The position numbers and the translations under genes were made by a program. A model generated the notes under the pieces. That model did no database searches. It worked only from the letters and a program-made list of their open reading frames with translations, and was not told the DNA's origin. A DNA stretch of 64,000 nt from an uncultured Alphaproteobacteria bacterium. Lineage in GTDB: Bacteria > Pseudomonadota > Alphaproteobacteria > Rhizobiales > Hyphomicrobiaceae. The stretch is taken from contig CAVWOY010000007.1 of the NCBI GenBank assembly GCA_963756735.1, positions 3,520 to 67,519 of the forward strand, written 5' to 3'. Of this stretch, positions 18,149 to 28,787 are shown piece after piece (the stretch's first letter is position 1; each line of letters opens with the position of its first letter).

Positions 18149-21100
18149 CTATCCGGCGTCCATCAGTTCGCGGATGCGCCTGGCGAGCACGTCCATCACG
18201 AACGGCTTGGTGATCATCTGCATCCTCGGGTCCAGGATGCCCTTGGTGATGGCCGCGTTCTCGGCGTAGCCCGTCATGAACAGCACCTTGAGGTCGGGCC
18301 GCGTGACCCTGGCGGCATCTGCCACCTGACGCCCGTTGAGGCCGGGCAGGCCGATGTCGGTGATGAGGAGGTCGATGCGTTGCGGCGACTGCAGGATGCG
18401 CAGGCCGCTCGGCCCGTCGCCGGCTTCGAGCACCTGGTAGCCCAGCTCGTCGAGCACGTCGATGATCAGCAAGCGCACCAGCGGCTCGTCCTCGACGACA
18501 AGGACGGTCTGGCCGCTGCCAGCTTGATGCGCCGTGCTTTGCTCCGAGCCCGCCGACACCTCTTCCTCCGCGTGATGGCGTGGAAGATATAGCTTGACGG
18601 TCGTGCCTTTGCCCACCGCGCTGGCGATTTCGACGCAGCCGTCGGACTGGCGGGCGAAGCCGTAGATCATGGACAGGCCGAGGCCGGTGCCTTGACCCGT
18701 GGGCTTGGTGGTGAAGAAGGGATCGAAGGCGCGCTCCATGACGTCGGGCGTCATGCCGGTGCCGGTGTCGGTCACCGAGACGCACACGTAGTCGCCGGGG
18801 GCGACCTCGCGCTGGTCGGCCACGTCGGCCGCGCTCGAGGCGCGCGTTGCGGGTCTCGATCAGCAGCTTGCCGCCGTCCGGCATGGCGTCGCGGGCGTTG
18901 ATGGCGAGGTTGAGAATGCTGTTCTCGAGCTGGTTCTGGTCGCACAGCGTCGGCCACAGGTCGCCAGCCAGAGTGAGCGTGAGCTGGATCCTCTCGCCCA
19001 TGGTCCGGCGCAGCAGGTCCTCGATGGAGGCGATCAGCGGATTGGCCCCGACGGGCTTGGGATCGAGCGGCTGGCGGCGGGAGAACGCGAGCAGGCGGTG
19101 GGTCAGCGCCGCGGCCCGGTTGGCCGAGGTCATGGCGCCCGTGACGTAGCGCTGGATCTCGCTCAGGCGTCCGTCGGCCAGGCGCTTCTGCGCCATGTCG
19201 AGCGAGCCGACGATGCCCTGCAGCAGGTTGTTGAAGTCATGCGCGATGCCGCCGGTGAGCTGGCCGACGGCCTCCATCTTCTGCGACTGGCGCAGCGCCT
19301 CCTCGGTGTGCCGCAGCGTCTCGGCGGCCTCCTTCTCGTCGGTGACGTCGCGGGCCACCGCGTAGATCAGGCCCTCGTGCGCGGCCGCCGTCCAAGACAG
19401 CCAGCGGTAGTCGCCGTCCTGGTGGCGCAGGCGGTTCTCGTAGCGCTGCGTCCTGCCGCCTTTGGCGAGGCGCTCCAGCTCGGCTTGCGACCGCGGGATG
19501 TCGTCGGGGTGCTCGATCCATTCGGAGGTGCGCCCCAGCAGCTCGGCCTGGCTCCAGCCCAGCACGGCCGTGGCGGCCGGGCTGGCGTTGAGCCACACGC
19601 CCTGGCGGTCGGCGACCACCAGCATGTCCTGCGATACGTTCCAGATGCGGTCGCGCTCGCGCGTGCGTGCCTCGACCTGGGCCTCCAGGGTCTCGTTGAT
19701 GCTGCGCAGCTCGATCTCGGCGCGCTTGGCCGGCGGTGATGTCGTGGGCGACGCCGATGAAGCCGATGTGCTCGCCGCCCGGACCCCAGCGGGGTTGGGA
19801 CTCCGAGCGAAGCCAGCGCCACTGGCCGTCGGCGCGCTTGTAGCAGGCTTCCAGCGCGAACGGCCGCCGCGAGCCCTCGCCCGCGATCTGCTCGCCCAGG
19901 ATGCGCTGTAGGTCGTCGGGATGCAGCGCCTTGCGCCAGTCGAACTCCAGGCACTCCTCATAACCGAGACCCAGGAACTCCATGTAGGCCTGATTGACGA
20001 AGGCGCGCTTGCCGTCGAGGCGGCTGACCCATATCGGCACCGGAGCGCTGTTGGCGATCAGGCGGAAGCGCTCCTCGCTTTCCTTGAGGGCTTGCTCGGC
20101 GCGCCGCGGCTCGGTGATGTCGACATTGACGCCGATCATGCCGAGGAAGGTGCCGGCGGCATCGAAGCGGGGCTGCGCGTCCGTGCGCAGCAGGCGCCAC
20201 TCGCCGTCGTGGCGGCGGTAGCGTGCCTCCACCCTGAAGGGTGCGTGCTCGCGCATCGCGCGCTCGAACACGGCAAAGAGCGTGGGGGTATCGTCGGGAT
20301 GCAGCGTTGCGTTCCAGTCGAACCCGGCAACTTGTTTCTCCGCCACACCCCAGAAGTCGCGGAGCATACGATTGAGGTAGAGGCACTTGCCCTGGGCGTC
20401 GCCCATCCAGAGCTTTACCGGTGCACTCTCCGAGACGAGGCGGAAGCGCCGCTCGCTTTCGCGCACGGCTTCCTCGCCGAGCCTCCTCTCGGTGATGTCG
20501 ATGTGCGCGCCAACCAGGCGCAGCGCGCGGCCCTGCGCGTCGCGCTCGATCTCCGCCTTGACGGCGATCCAGCGCACCTGCCCGTCGTTGGGACGCACGA
20601 TGCGGTACTCGGCGCTGTAGTCGGTGATGTCGCCCTTCACGGCGTCGAGGAAGCGCTGCACGATGCTGTCACGGTCGTCGGGATGGATGCGCCGCACCCA
20701 ATCCTCGTGGGTGTCGCTGTCGGTATCCGGCGGCAGACCGTGGATGGCCAAATATTCCGGCGAGCGGCGGCTGCGGAAGTTGTCGGCGAGGTCCACGTCG
20801 AGCCCGCCGACCATGCCGATCTGCTGCACGCGGGCGAGGTCGGCTTCGCGCTCGCGCAAGGCCCGCTCGGCACGAACCTGGTCGTCGATGTCGGTGTTGG
20901 TGCCGATCCAGCGTGCCACCTGGCCAGCCTCGTCGCGGATCGGAATGGCGCGCGCCAGGTGCCAGCGATAGGCGCCGTCGGTGCGGCGAATGCGAAACTT
21001 GGTCTCGTACACCTTGCCGGAGGCCAGCGATTCCTGCCACGCCGCGGCTGCGTGCTCGCGATCATCGGGATGCACGACATCGCCCCAGCGGTGCCCATCG

Positions 21101-21729
21101 CTCTCCCCGGGCCTCGTGCCGGTGTAGTCGAGCACCTGCTGGTTGAACCAGTCGAGCCTGCCATCCGGCTTGGCCGACCAGACATGGTGCGGCATCGCGG
21201 CGGCAAAGGTGCGGAACTGCGCCTCGCTTTCGCGCAGCGCCTTCTCGGCCCGCACCCGCTCGGTAGTCTCCACCACGATCGCCAGCACGCCGGCTGGCTT
21301 GCCGTCTTCGTCGAGCAGGGGGCTGTAGTCGAGGTCGACCCACACGTCCTGCGGGCGGCCGGGCCGGTAGAGGACGAGGTGCTCGTCGCGGAAGGACAGC
21401 GTCTCCCCGCGCAAGCCCACTTCCATGACCCGGCGGTTGAGGTCGGCCACCTCGGGCCAGCCCTCCAGCACCTTGGAGCCGAGCAGCTGGGGGTGGCGCC
21501 CGCCGGCAAACACCGAGTAGGCATCATTGTAGATCATGATGCCGTCGCGCCCCCACAGCATGACCAGGGGGACGGGGGAGCCGAGCACGATATCGACCGC
21601 GGTCTTGAGGCTCTGCGGCCATTTGGCGATCGGGCCCAGCGGGGTGCGTGACCAGTCGAAGGCGCGAATGAGGGCGCCCATATCGCCGCCTCCGGCGGGA
21701 AATGTGCGGGAATCTCGTACAGCCAACAT
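18149..21729 (-). CDS. Multi-PAS hybrid sensor histidine kinase / response regulator; two apparent frame breaks (~19730, ~18830)
   Basis: ORFs 19237..21729, 18141..19961 and 18149..18823 join into one protein. Several PAS/PAC modules (HPDD..W.. repeats). H-box [14 protein letters not shown]. HATPase G-boxes DTGTGM, GTGLGLS. Receiver [19 protein letters not shown]. The start could instead be ATG 21681 ([10 protein letters not shown]). Confidence 0.85.
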
Positions 21730-21818
21730 GCGGTTCCCCTCGCGGCCGGCAAAGGTAACGCCTCAGAGCGGGAAGGGTTCCAAGGCTTGGCGGCAAATTT
21801 TTCGGGCGATGCCGGCCT

Positions 21819-22778
21819 TCAAGCTGTGACCCAGGAGATGCCTTTATGGGCGTCGGCCCCTGTCAGTCCGTGCAGCATCTCCATCAGCATCTCGGCGCTG
21901 TCGGCCAGCCGCGGGCCAGGGCGATTGAAATAGGCGTTGCCGTCGGCGAAATAGACGCGACCGGCGCGGACTGCAGAGGTACCAGCCCAGCCGGGCTTGG
22001 CCTGGAGCAGCGGCAGCTCCTCCAGGCAGCGGGCGAGGCCATAGCCGCATGGGGCCACAACGATCACCTCCGGGTCGGCGGCGCGCAGGTCCTCCCACTG
22101 CATCCAGTCGGAATGTTTGCCGGCCTCGCCGAACAGGTTGTGGCCGCCGGCGGCCTCGATCAGCTCGGGCATCCAGTTGCCGCCGGCCATCAGCGGCTCC
22201 ACCCACTCGATGAAGGCGACGCGGGGCCGGGAGAGGCCTGCGGTGCGTGAGCTGACGCTTGCGATGCGGGCCTGCATGTCGCGGATCAGGGCCTCGCCCG
22301 CGCCGACGGCATCGAGGGCGGCGGCGACGCGGCGGATGTCGGCGTAGACATCCGCGGTGGAGTCGGGCCTGAGCGAGACGATGCGCACCGGCTTGCCGGT
22401 CCAGGTGCAGGTGGCGGCCTCCACGTCGGCGAGGCTCACCGCGCACACCTCGCAGTGGTCCTGGGTGACGATCACGTCGGGCTCGAGTGCTTTCAGCGCG
22501 TCGCCATCGACGCGGTAGACGGAGAGGCCGTCGCGCACGATCTCGCGCACGCGGGCGTCGATCTCGGCGCTGGTGCCCTCGACCTTGAACTTCGCTTCCG
22601 TGAGCTGCGGCAGGTCGGCGACGTCGGGTGGGAAGTCGCACTCGTGGCTGCGGCCGACCAGCCGGTCGCGTCGCCCCAGCGCGCACACGATCTCGGTGGC
22701 GCTGGCGATCAGGCTGACGATGCGCGTGCCCCGTCTCCCCGCCTGCGGGGTGAGGGGCTGACGCTGGCTCTGGCGCAT
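21819..22778 (-). CDS. BtuF-like (class 8 periplasmic-binding fold) cobalamin/iron-siderophore binding-protein homologue
   Basis: RIVSLIASATEIVCALGRRDRLVGRSHECDFP..PDVIVTQDHCEVC..VAFIEWVEPLMAGGNWMPELIE. Candidate start ATG 22778. Lies in the same frame as the upstream ORF through a REP element. Confidence 0.7.
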   Translation of the reverse strand: MRQSQRQPLTPQAGRRGTRIVSLIASATEIVCALGRRDRLVGRSHECDFPPDVADLPQLTEAKFKVEGTSAEIDARVREIVRDGLSVYRVDGDALKALEPDVIVTQDHCEVCAVSLADVEAATCTWTGKPVRIVSLRPDSTADVYADIRRVAAALDAVGAGEALIRDMQARIASVSSRTAGLSRPRVAFIEWVEPLMAGGNWMPELIEAAGGHNLFGEAGKHSDWMQWEDLRAADPEVIVVAPCGYGLARCLEELPLLQAKPGWAGTSAVRAGRVYFADGNAYFNRPGPRLADSAEMLMEMLHGLTGADAHKGISWVTA

Positions 22779-22785
22779 GTGGCTG

Positions 22786-22830
22786 CCCCTCACCCTAACC
22801 CTCTCCCCACTGAAGAGTGGGGAGAGGGGG
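22786..22830. repeat. REP-like hairpin of the CCCTCTCCCC/GGGGAGAGGG type
   Basis: cccctcaccctaaccctctccccactgaagagtggggagaggggg. Related copy at 49107-49150. Confidence 0.8.
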
Positions 22831-23482
22831 ACTTGCAAGTCGCAGAAGACGAAGCCGTCGCGGGTGACGACCTCGCCGGTCTCCACCGCGATCGGGCGGG
22901 AGAACATCGGGCCGGCCGAGGCGAAGGTGTGAAACTCGCCGTTCTCGCCGCAGGGATCGACGCCGGCGGGCAGCTCGGCCAGCAGCGATGCGTCGAAGGC
23001 GCGGCCGGCGAAGCGCTCAGGCAACTTCCTGGGATCGAGGCAGCTGATGCGGGCTTGGAGGCCGCCGGCGATCATATCGCGGGCGAGACGGGCCGTGGGG
23101 ATGCCCCAGATCGGGAACAGCGGCGCAATCCCGGTGCCGGCGAGCTTGGCCTCGCGATAGCGGCGGATGTCCTCCAGGAACAGGTCGCCGAAGGCCATGG
23201 CCTCGACGCCCTGCGCCGCCTGCTCGGCGACGAAGGCGCCCATGATGGCCTCGTAGGTCTCGTTGGGGCAGGGGTAGGGGATCGGCAGCACGATGAGCGG
23301 CAGGTCCGCGGCGTCGGCCTGGGCCTGCAGCAGGCTGCGCCGCACGCCGTGCATCGCCACGCGATCGAACTCGGCGTTGACGGTGGTGACGAGACCCGCC
23401 AGCTCGACGCCTCGCCGCTGGCGCAGGACGTGGAGCACCCACGCCGAGTTTTGCCCGTGCTCCAGCTGACGAGCGTCTTCAT
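22830..23482 (-). CDS. Dph6/MJ0570-related ATP-binding (adenine-nucleotide alpha-hydrolase, DUF71) protein; frame break at T-run 23449-23452; no in-frame stop before the next gene
   Basis: MKTLVSWSTGK(D)SAWVLHVLRQ..VTTVNAEFDRVAMHGVRRSLLQAQA..FGDLFLEDIRRYRE..PLFPIWG..GENGEFHTF..DGFVFCDL. Confidence 0.7.
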
Positions 23483-23620
23483 GGACGGAAGCGAGAGCTC
23501 CAGTAGGAATTGCCTCGGCAGGCCAAAAAAGCACGCCGCGGCGCGTACGTGCAAGCCAGTTCGAAGCGATACCTGTTCTCGTGCAGCGTGGCCGCGATCG
23601 TCGCAAGAGTACCGGCGCAT

Positions 23621-23797
23621 TCAGCCGATGATCACCGCCTGGGCGCGCGCCGCACCGGCCGCGTACGCTTCGGTGCCAGTGGAGAGCCCCACCGTGGCCG
23701 TGATCTGAAACCCGCCGCCATCGTGGTATCGCAGGTCGGTTCCGTAGCTCGCGATCAAAGAGGTGATGCTCGCGGCAGCGCCGCGAACATCCATCAT
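23621..23797 (-). CDS. 58-aa hypothetical protein, last gene of the tail-fibre-like operon
   Basis: Below the ORF-track cut-off. GGAGG lies 7 nt before ATG 23797, immediately after the LamG stop. MMDVRGAAASITSLIASYGTDLRYHDGGGFQITATVGLSTGTEAYAAGAARAQAVIIG. Confidence 0.4.
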   Translation of the reverse strand: MMDVRGAAASITSLIASYGTDLRYHDGGGFQITATVGLSTGTEAYAAGAARAQAVIIG

Positions 23798-23807
23798 GCC
23801 GCCCTCC

Positions 23808-24525
23808 TCATCCCATCACGACGCCGAGGCTGCGCGGCTTGGCGAAGTAGTAGCCGAGGTAGTACGCGTAGATGTCGGCCCGGTCGGTGCTGTCGAACGC
23901 CTTGCTCCACCCGCCCACCCCGGCAATGTCGCCCTCAAATCCACCCCCTCCGGCGGTGTCCCAGTTCCAGTTGCCGATGCGCAGGCCGGCAAGGCCCGCC
24001 GCGCCGGGGTTGCCTGAGATGGCCAGCACGTTGTCGACATAGACCGCAGACGATGCGCCATTGAGAATGGCCACAAACAGGTGCCACGCACCATCCGGCA
24101 CATAGCTGCCGGTGCGCTGCACGGTGCCGTTCGCGTAGAGCGACAGGGCTCCTGGCGCCGGCGAGGTAACCTGCCAGTCGAAGAACAGGGTCGGCCCGGG
24201 GGCGTTGTCGTCGCTGAACATCACCGGGGAGGTGTTGTCATCCGTGGTCTGCGTGCACTTGGCGACACAGGCGATCGTCAGCGGCTGCGCCTGGGCCGGC
24301 GTCGACGCGCGGTTGAAGTGGGGTGTCGGGTTGGCCTGCGCGAAACGGGCCGCCAGCCGGCCGACGAGGCCGCTGTCGACGATGGTCGGGCTGTTGGCTG
24401 GCGGTCTGGTTGTAGCCGTTGGAGGTCTTGTCGTTCCAGGCCGAGGCGATGCCGCCGCCGCCGTCGACCAAGCTGTCGCCGCGATACCAAAAGATGCTGC
24501 TGGCGGTTGCAACGGGATGGGCCAT
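23808..24525 (-). CDS. LamG / concanavalin-A-like lectin domain protein; frame break at G-run 24388-24390
   Basis: MAHPVATASSIFWYRGDSLVDGGGGIASAWNDKTSNGYNQTASQQP joins TIVDSGLVGRL... The sequence DGAWHLFVAILNGASSAVYVDNVLAISG...FEGDIAGVGGWSKAF is typical of Laminin_G_3. Confidence 0.7.
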
Positions 24526-24528
24526 GGC

Positions 24529-26443
24529 TCAGCTCTTCGTCACTTTGAGCGAGAGGCTCACGCGCTGGATCGACGTCACGCTGTCGACGTTGAAGCGCAG
24601 GATGTCGCCGGCGGCGATCGAGGTGGTCCAGCCGGTGAGCGTCGCGTCCTGGGCCTTGGTGGCGGTCGAGATGGTGGGCGGCGCGCTGGCCGTGATGCTG
24701 TCGGCGTCGGTGGGCGGGAAGTTGGCGTAGGTGTCCTTCCAGATGTCGACCACGATCGAGCCCGTCTGGTCGGCCAGCACCGTGACCTGGTTGATGGTGC
24801 AGGCGAACGGAATTTCCAGGTCACCCTTGATGCCGGTGGTGATGGCCGAGCCGCCGCCGTCGATGACGAAGGTGAGGGTGGCCGTGCGCTGGTTGGCGGT
24901 TGCCTGCAGGCTGGTGCCGGAGAACTCCAGCCCGTTGGCCGGCGTCCAATAGGCGATGTTGCCGGCGCTGTCGTCGAAGAACAGGCCGCTGTCGGCGTTG
25001 GGGTCGATGGAGAGGGCCGCGATCTCGGCGAGCAGCTCGTCGAAGGCCTGCACGTCGGTGCCGATGGCCAGCCCGAGGTTGGCGCGGGCGCCTGCGGCGT
25101 CGCTGGCGCCGGTGCCGCCGTCGGCCACAGCCACGTCGCTGCCGCCGGCCTTGTAGATGGCGGCGCCGCCGTGGGTGACGAGCGCGCCGAGGTCGGCCGT
25201 GGGCGCGTTGTTGGCCGTCCAGGTCAGCACATCGACCCAGGCGGCGCCGTCGACGTCGCGCACCTTGATCCTGGCGGCGTGGCCTGCCGTCGCGCCGCCG
25301 ACGATGGCATCGCCGTTCTCGACGATGACATCGTTGCCGTTGCTCTCCAGATCGCCGCCGAGCTCCGGCGTCGTGTCCTCCACCACGTTGGCCAGTCCGC
25401 CAGCCACCGCCGCCAGCGAGCACCGTCTCTGTGCCGGCGTCGTCCTTTTGGTAGAGGCTCTTGTCGGTCTTGGCGTAGAGGCGGACCTTGCCGCTGGCGG
25501 GGGTGGCCGGTGCGCTGGCAGCCGGCAGGTCCAGGTACGCCGTGGCCGGCAGCGCCACGCGGCCGGTGCTGCGGTCGATCAGGATGGCCTCGTTCCAGGC
25601 CGAGCCGTCGGCGCTGACCTTGAAATGGAAATCGTCGTCGCCGGCGGTGCCCATCTCGGCGCGGCCGGAGAAGCCGGTCTGGAACAGCAGGCTTGCCGTG
25701 TCGCCGGCGGCGTTCTTGTTGATCTTGTGCTGATGGCCGGCGCCGGCATGATTGAAGAGCGAGGCGGCCGCGGCGATGGCGAAGCGGGTGGTGGCGTCGG
25801 CTGCAGCGTTGACGCCGAACAAAGCTGCCCGCGGGTGGCCCGTGCCCTTGCCGGCAAGCGTGAGGTCGATGTTGGTGTCGCCGCCCTCGGCGGCGATCTG
25901 CGGCGCGGTGCCGGTGGCGGCGTTGGTGACGCCGACCTGGTTCACGGCGCTCGCCGTCTTGTGGAAGACGATGTGCTCGTTGCCGGCATCGTCGGTGATG
26001 CCCGTGCCGTCGTCGAAGCCGATGCTATGGCCATTGGCATCGAGGTCGCCGCCCAGCTGGGGTGTGGTGTCCTCGACGACGTTGGCGAGGCCACCGCCGC
26101 CTCCACCGGCGAACTCGACCCAGGCCGAGCCGGTCCAGACATACAACTTGTCCTCGTCGGCGACCCAGGCCAGCCAGCCCTCGCGCGGGGCGTAGAACGC
26201 CCAGGCGCCGTCCTGGAAGGCCGCGATCTTGCCGGCTTGGCCCGCCCACGCCCCGGTAGGGCTTGCCGCTACGACGTAGCGGGCGCCCTCCGTGGGGGAG
26301 CCGGGTGGGGTGGCGAGGTCCTTGTCGAGCGCCATCAGCTGCACGACCGCGTCAAGGGTGCGCAGCGCCTCGTTGTGGGTGACGTGCTTTTGCGCCTGGG
26401 CGGCCACAATGAAGGGGAGGTTGAGATTGGTGCTGGCGTCCAT
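24529..26443 (-). CDS. DUF2793-type tail-fibre-like protein (~638 aa); frame break in the Gly-run near 25402
   Basis: Start ATG 26443: [68 protein letters not shown] (DUF2793 signature). Fibre-type [19 protein letters not shown]. Joined from ORFs 24821..26782 and 24529..25407. Confidence 0.75.
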
Positions 26444-26558
26444 CGTGCGCGTGCTCTCGAGCTGCAAAGCTTCTGCGAGCGCATTTGAACACGGGCTCAG
26501 GGGGGCGGGGATAAGCAAAAAAAGCGCTGAGGCGGGGGCCTGGATGGCGGCCAACGGA

Positions 26559-26591
26559 CAAAAAAAGAGCCGCCCTTTGGGCGGCTCAAAA
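26559..26591 (-). terminator. Rho-independent terminator for the 26727-27119 gene
   Basis: The stem gagccgccc/gggcggctc has loop tttg. On the minus strand it is followed by a T7 run (A-run 26559-26566 on plus). Confidence 0.65.
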
Positions 26592-26726
26592 GTTAACAGG
26601 GAGGCGTCAAACAGAGTGGACAGGCCACTCGGATCCAGATGGCTGGATAAGGTTAATTGTGCCCGAGATTGGATAACGAAGCGTAAAGACTGCCCCGGAA
26701 TATGCGTCGGCAGTCGAGACAGGAAA

Positions 26727-27119
26727 CTAGTTGCGCTTGCACAGATTGGCGGCCCGGACGACTGCCGCCTCGGGCGTCGCAAACTCGCCCATCAGCACGG
26801 GCTGCACCTGGCCGTAGGTCGCCTCCAGCCAGTCGCGCTGAAGGAAGGGCGCCATCGGATTATCTGCCGGGTGGTCGAGGATGATGTAGTGGGCCACCTT
26901 GCCCTTCATGACCCGAATGAGCGAGGTCTGCGTGCCGCCGAAGGGCGCGCGCTTGATCGTGCAGGGCTGGTCCGTGTCCTTGCCGGTGTTGGAGGCGATG
27001 GATTTCTTTTTTGGCGCGGGCTCGGAGACCATCTGCGGCCGCATCAATCTGTTGACGCCGCTCACCACCACCAGGATGGTGGCAGCAATTGCCAGCAGCC
27101 GAATTGCCTTGGGGTTCAT
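26727..27119 (-). CDS. Hypothetical exported protein
   Basis: MNPKAIRLLAIAATILVVVSGV signal/anchor. Intact 130 aa. No family recognised. Confidence 0.5.
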   Translation of the reverse strand: MNPKAIRLLAIAATILVVVSGVNRLMRPQMVSEPAPKKKSIASNTGKDTDQPCTIKRAPFGGTQTSLIRVMKGKVAHYIILDHPADNPMAPFLQRDWLEATYGQVQPVLMGEFATPEAAVVRAANLCKRN

Positions 27120-27141
27120 GGCGCGGACACTAGCGTTGCGT

Positions 27142-27330
27142 TCAGCGTTTGAAAACGGCGGCGGCGGCCGCCTCGTGCGCCTTCTTGGCCTGCAGCTCCT
27201 CGCGCACCCGCTCGATCTCGGCTGAAAGGGCGACGATACGCTGCTCGAGCTCGGCGATGGAGAGGTTTTGCAGGTTTTCGCCCACCGTGACAGCGGGGGC
27301 CGGTTTCGGCTTCAGATCGTCCCAATCCAT
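27142..27330 (-). CDS. DUF1192 family protein
   Basis: Start ATG 27330: MDWDDLKPKPAPAVTVGENLQNLSIAELEQRIVALSAEIERVREELQAKK, the characteristic DUF1192 coiled-coil pattern. Confidence 0.7.
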   Translation of the reverse strand: MDWDDLKPKPAPAVTVGENLQNLSIAELEQRIVALSAEIERVREELQAKKAHEAAAAAVFKR

Positions 27331-27451
27331 GGCCGTCACGCTCCCGCCGGGTGTCCGCCGGCCGCAAGGTGCCACGGTTCGCCCCTTGTCTCAACTCTCG
27401 CCCTCGGGCATGGGAGGCTGGTCCTCTCGCGAGCCGTCACCAGGAGCAACC

Positions 27452-28450
27452 ATGTCCAACACGCCCGAGACCATGACCGCCGTTGCCATCACTACTCCAG
27501 GCGGACCGGACGTGCTGAAGGCGACGAGCATGCCGACGCCGAAGCCGGGGCCTGGACAGGTCCTCGTCAAGGTGGCCGCTGCCGGCGTCAACCGGCCCGA
27601 CGTGGCCCAGCGCATGGGCGCCTATCCGCCGCCCCCCGGCCACTCGCCGCTGCCGGGGCTCGAGATCGCCGGCACGGTCGCTGCGGCCGGAGCGGGCGTC
27701 AGCCGCTGGAAGGCCGGCGACAAGGTGTGCGCGCTGGTGAATGGCGGCGGCTACGCCGAGTATTGCATCGCCGAGGAGACGGCTGCGCTGCCGATCCCCG
27801 GCGGCCTCGACTTGGTGCAGGCAGCCGCCGTGCCGGAGACGTTCTTCACGGTGTGGAACAACGTGTTCGAACGCGGCGGCCTCAGGAGCGGGGAGTGGCT
27901 GCTGGTGCACGGCGGCTCGAGCGGCATCGGCACCACGGCGATCCAGCTCGCCAAGGCGTTCGGGGCGCGCGTGATTGCCACCGCGGGCTCCGCCGACAAG
28001 TGCAAGGCCTGCCTCGACCTCGGCGCCGACCAGGCGATCAACTACAGATCAGAGGATTTCGTCGCCGTGACGAAGGAGGCCACCGGCGGCAAGGGTGCCG
28101 ACGTGATCCTCGACATGGTGGGCGGCGACTATGTCGAGAAGAACATCATTGCCGCGGCCGAGGACGGCCGGGTCGTGCAGATCGCAACGCTCGGCGGCGC
28201 CGACGTCAAGATCAACATCGCGCGACTGATGATGAAGCGCATCACGCTGACAGGCTCGACCTTGCGGCCACGCACGCGCGAGGTGAAGGCGGGCTTCGCC
28301 CGCGCGCTGGAGGCCAAGGTTTGGCCGCTGATCGCCGCAGGCAAGGTCAAGGTGGTAATGGATTCTACCTTCCTGCTGGCGCAGGCGGCCGAGGCGCACC
28401 GCCGGATGGAGTCGAGCCAGCACATCGGCAAGATCGTGCTCACCGTGTAG
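27452..28450 (+). CDS. NAD(P)H:quinone oxidoreductase (zeta-crystallin / PIG3-type MDR)
   Basis: RBS aggag precedes ATG 27452. PGPGQVLVKVAAAGVNRPD, GLEIAGTV, the cofactor loop HGGSSGIGTTAIQLAK and the C-terminal HIGKIVL. Confidence 0.9.
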   Translation: MSNTPETMTAVAITTPGGPDVLKATSMPTPKPGPGQVLVKVAAAGVNRPDVAQRMGAYPPPPGHSPLPGLEIAGTVAAAGAGVSRWKAGDKVCALVNGGGYAEYCIAEETAALPIPGGLDLVQAAAVPETFFTVWNNVFERGGLRSGEWLLVHGGSSGIGTTAIQLAKAFGARVIATAGSADKCKACLDLGADQAINYRSEDFVAVTKEATGGKGADVILDMVGGDYVEKNIIAAAEDGRVVQIATLGGADVKINIARLMMKRITLTGSTLRPRTREVKAGFARALEAKVWPLIAAGKVKVVMDSTFLLAQAAEAHRRMESSQHIGKIVLTV

Positions 28451-28547
28451 TGCGCATGCAAGGCAACGGAGGGCCCCTCCCGTAAACTGTGATTCGCCCG
28501 GTGCTATCGCAGGGCCGCATCGGCGCGAGACGGAGGAGGAGAAGCCA

Positions 28548-28742
28548 ATGCCACGGCCGGCACCCGCGTTCCCGGAGTTCGCCGAATGGCAGAATATGAG
28601 CGAGAGCGAGCAGGACGCGCTGCTCGACGCGCTGGAGGCGGGACGGCGCCGCGGCAGGCTCGCCACGCGGCTCATGATCGGGCTGGCCGGCACGGCCGCC
28701 GCAATTGCGGCGATCGGCGGGGCGCTGCTGGCGCTGTGGTGA
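28548..28742 (+). CDS. Small hypothetical protein with a C-terminal TM helix
   Basis: Strong RBS ggaggaggag. High GC3. LMIGLAGTAAAIAAIGGALLALW. Confidence 0.5.
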   Translation: MPRPAPAFPEFAEWQNMSESEQDALLDALEAGRRRGRLATRLMIGLAGTAAAIAAIGGALLALW

Positions 28743-28746
28743 GCAC

Positions 28747-28780
28747 GGGTTACGCGCTGCCCGCGCCAACCCGACCTACG
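28747..28780. repeat. REP-like element of the GTAGGTCGGGT...ACCC type (reverse orientation)
   Basis: gggttacgcgctgcccgcgccaacccgacctacg. The same family occurs at 34494-34585. Confidence 0.75.
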
Positions 28781-28787
28781 TACCCAC

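Noticed and set aside
26590-26700. TTAAC and TGGATAA repeats that could be CtrA-type boxes controlling the fibre operon.
   Set aside because: They lie on the far side of the terminator at 26559-26591, in the 3' region of the upstream gene. No full TTAA-N7-TTAAC site is present.
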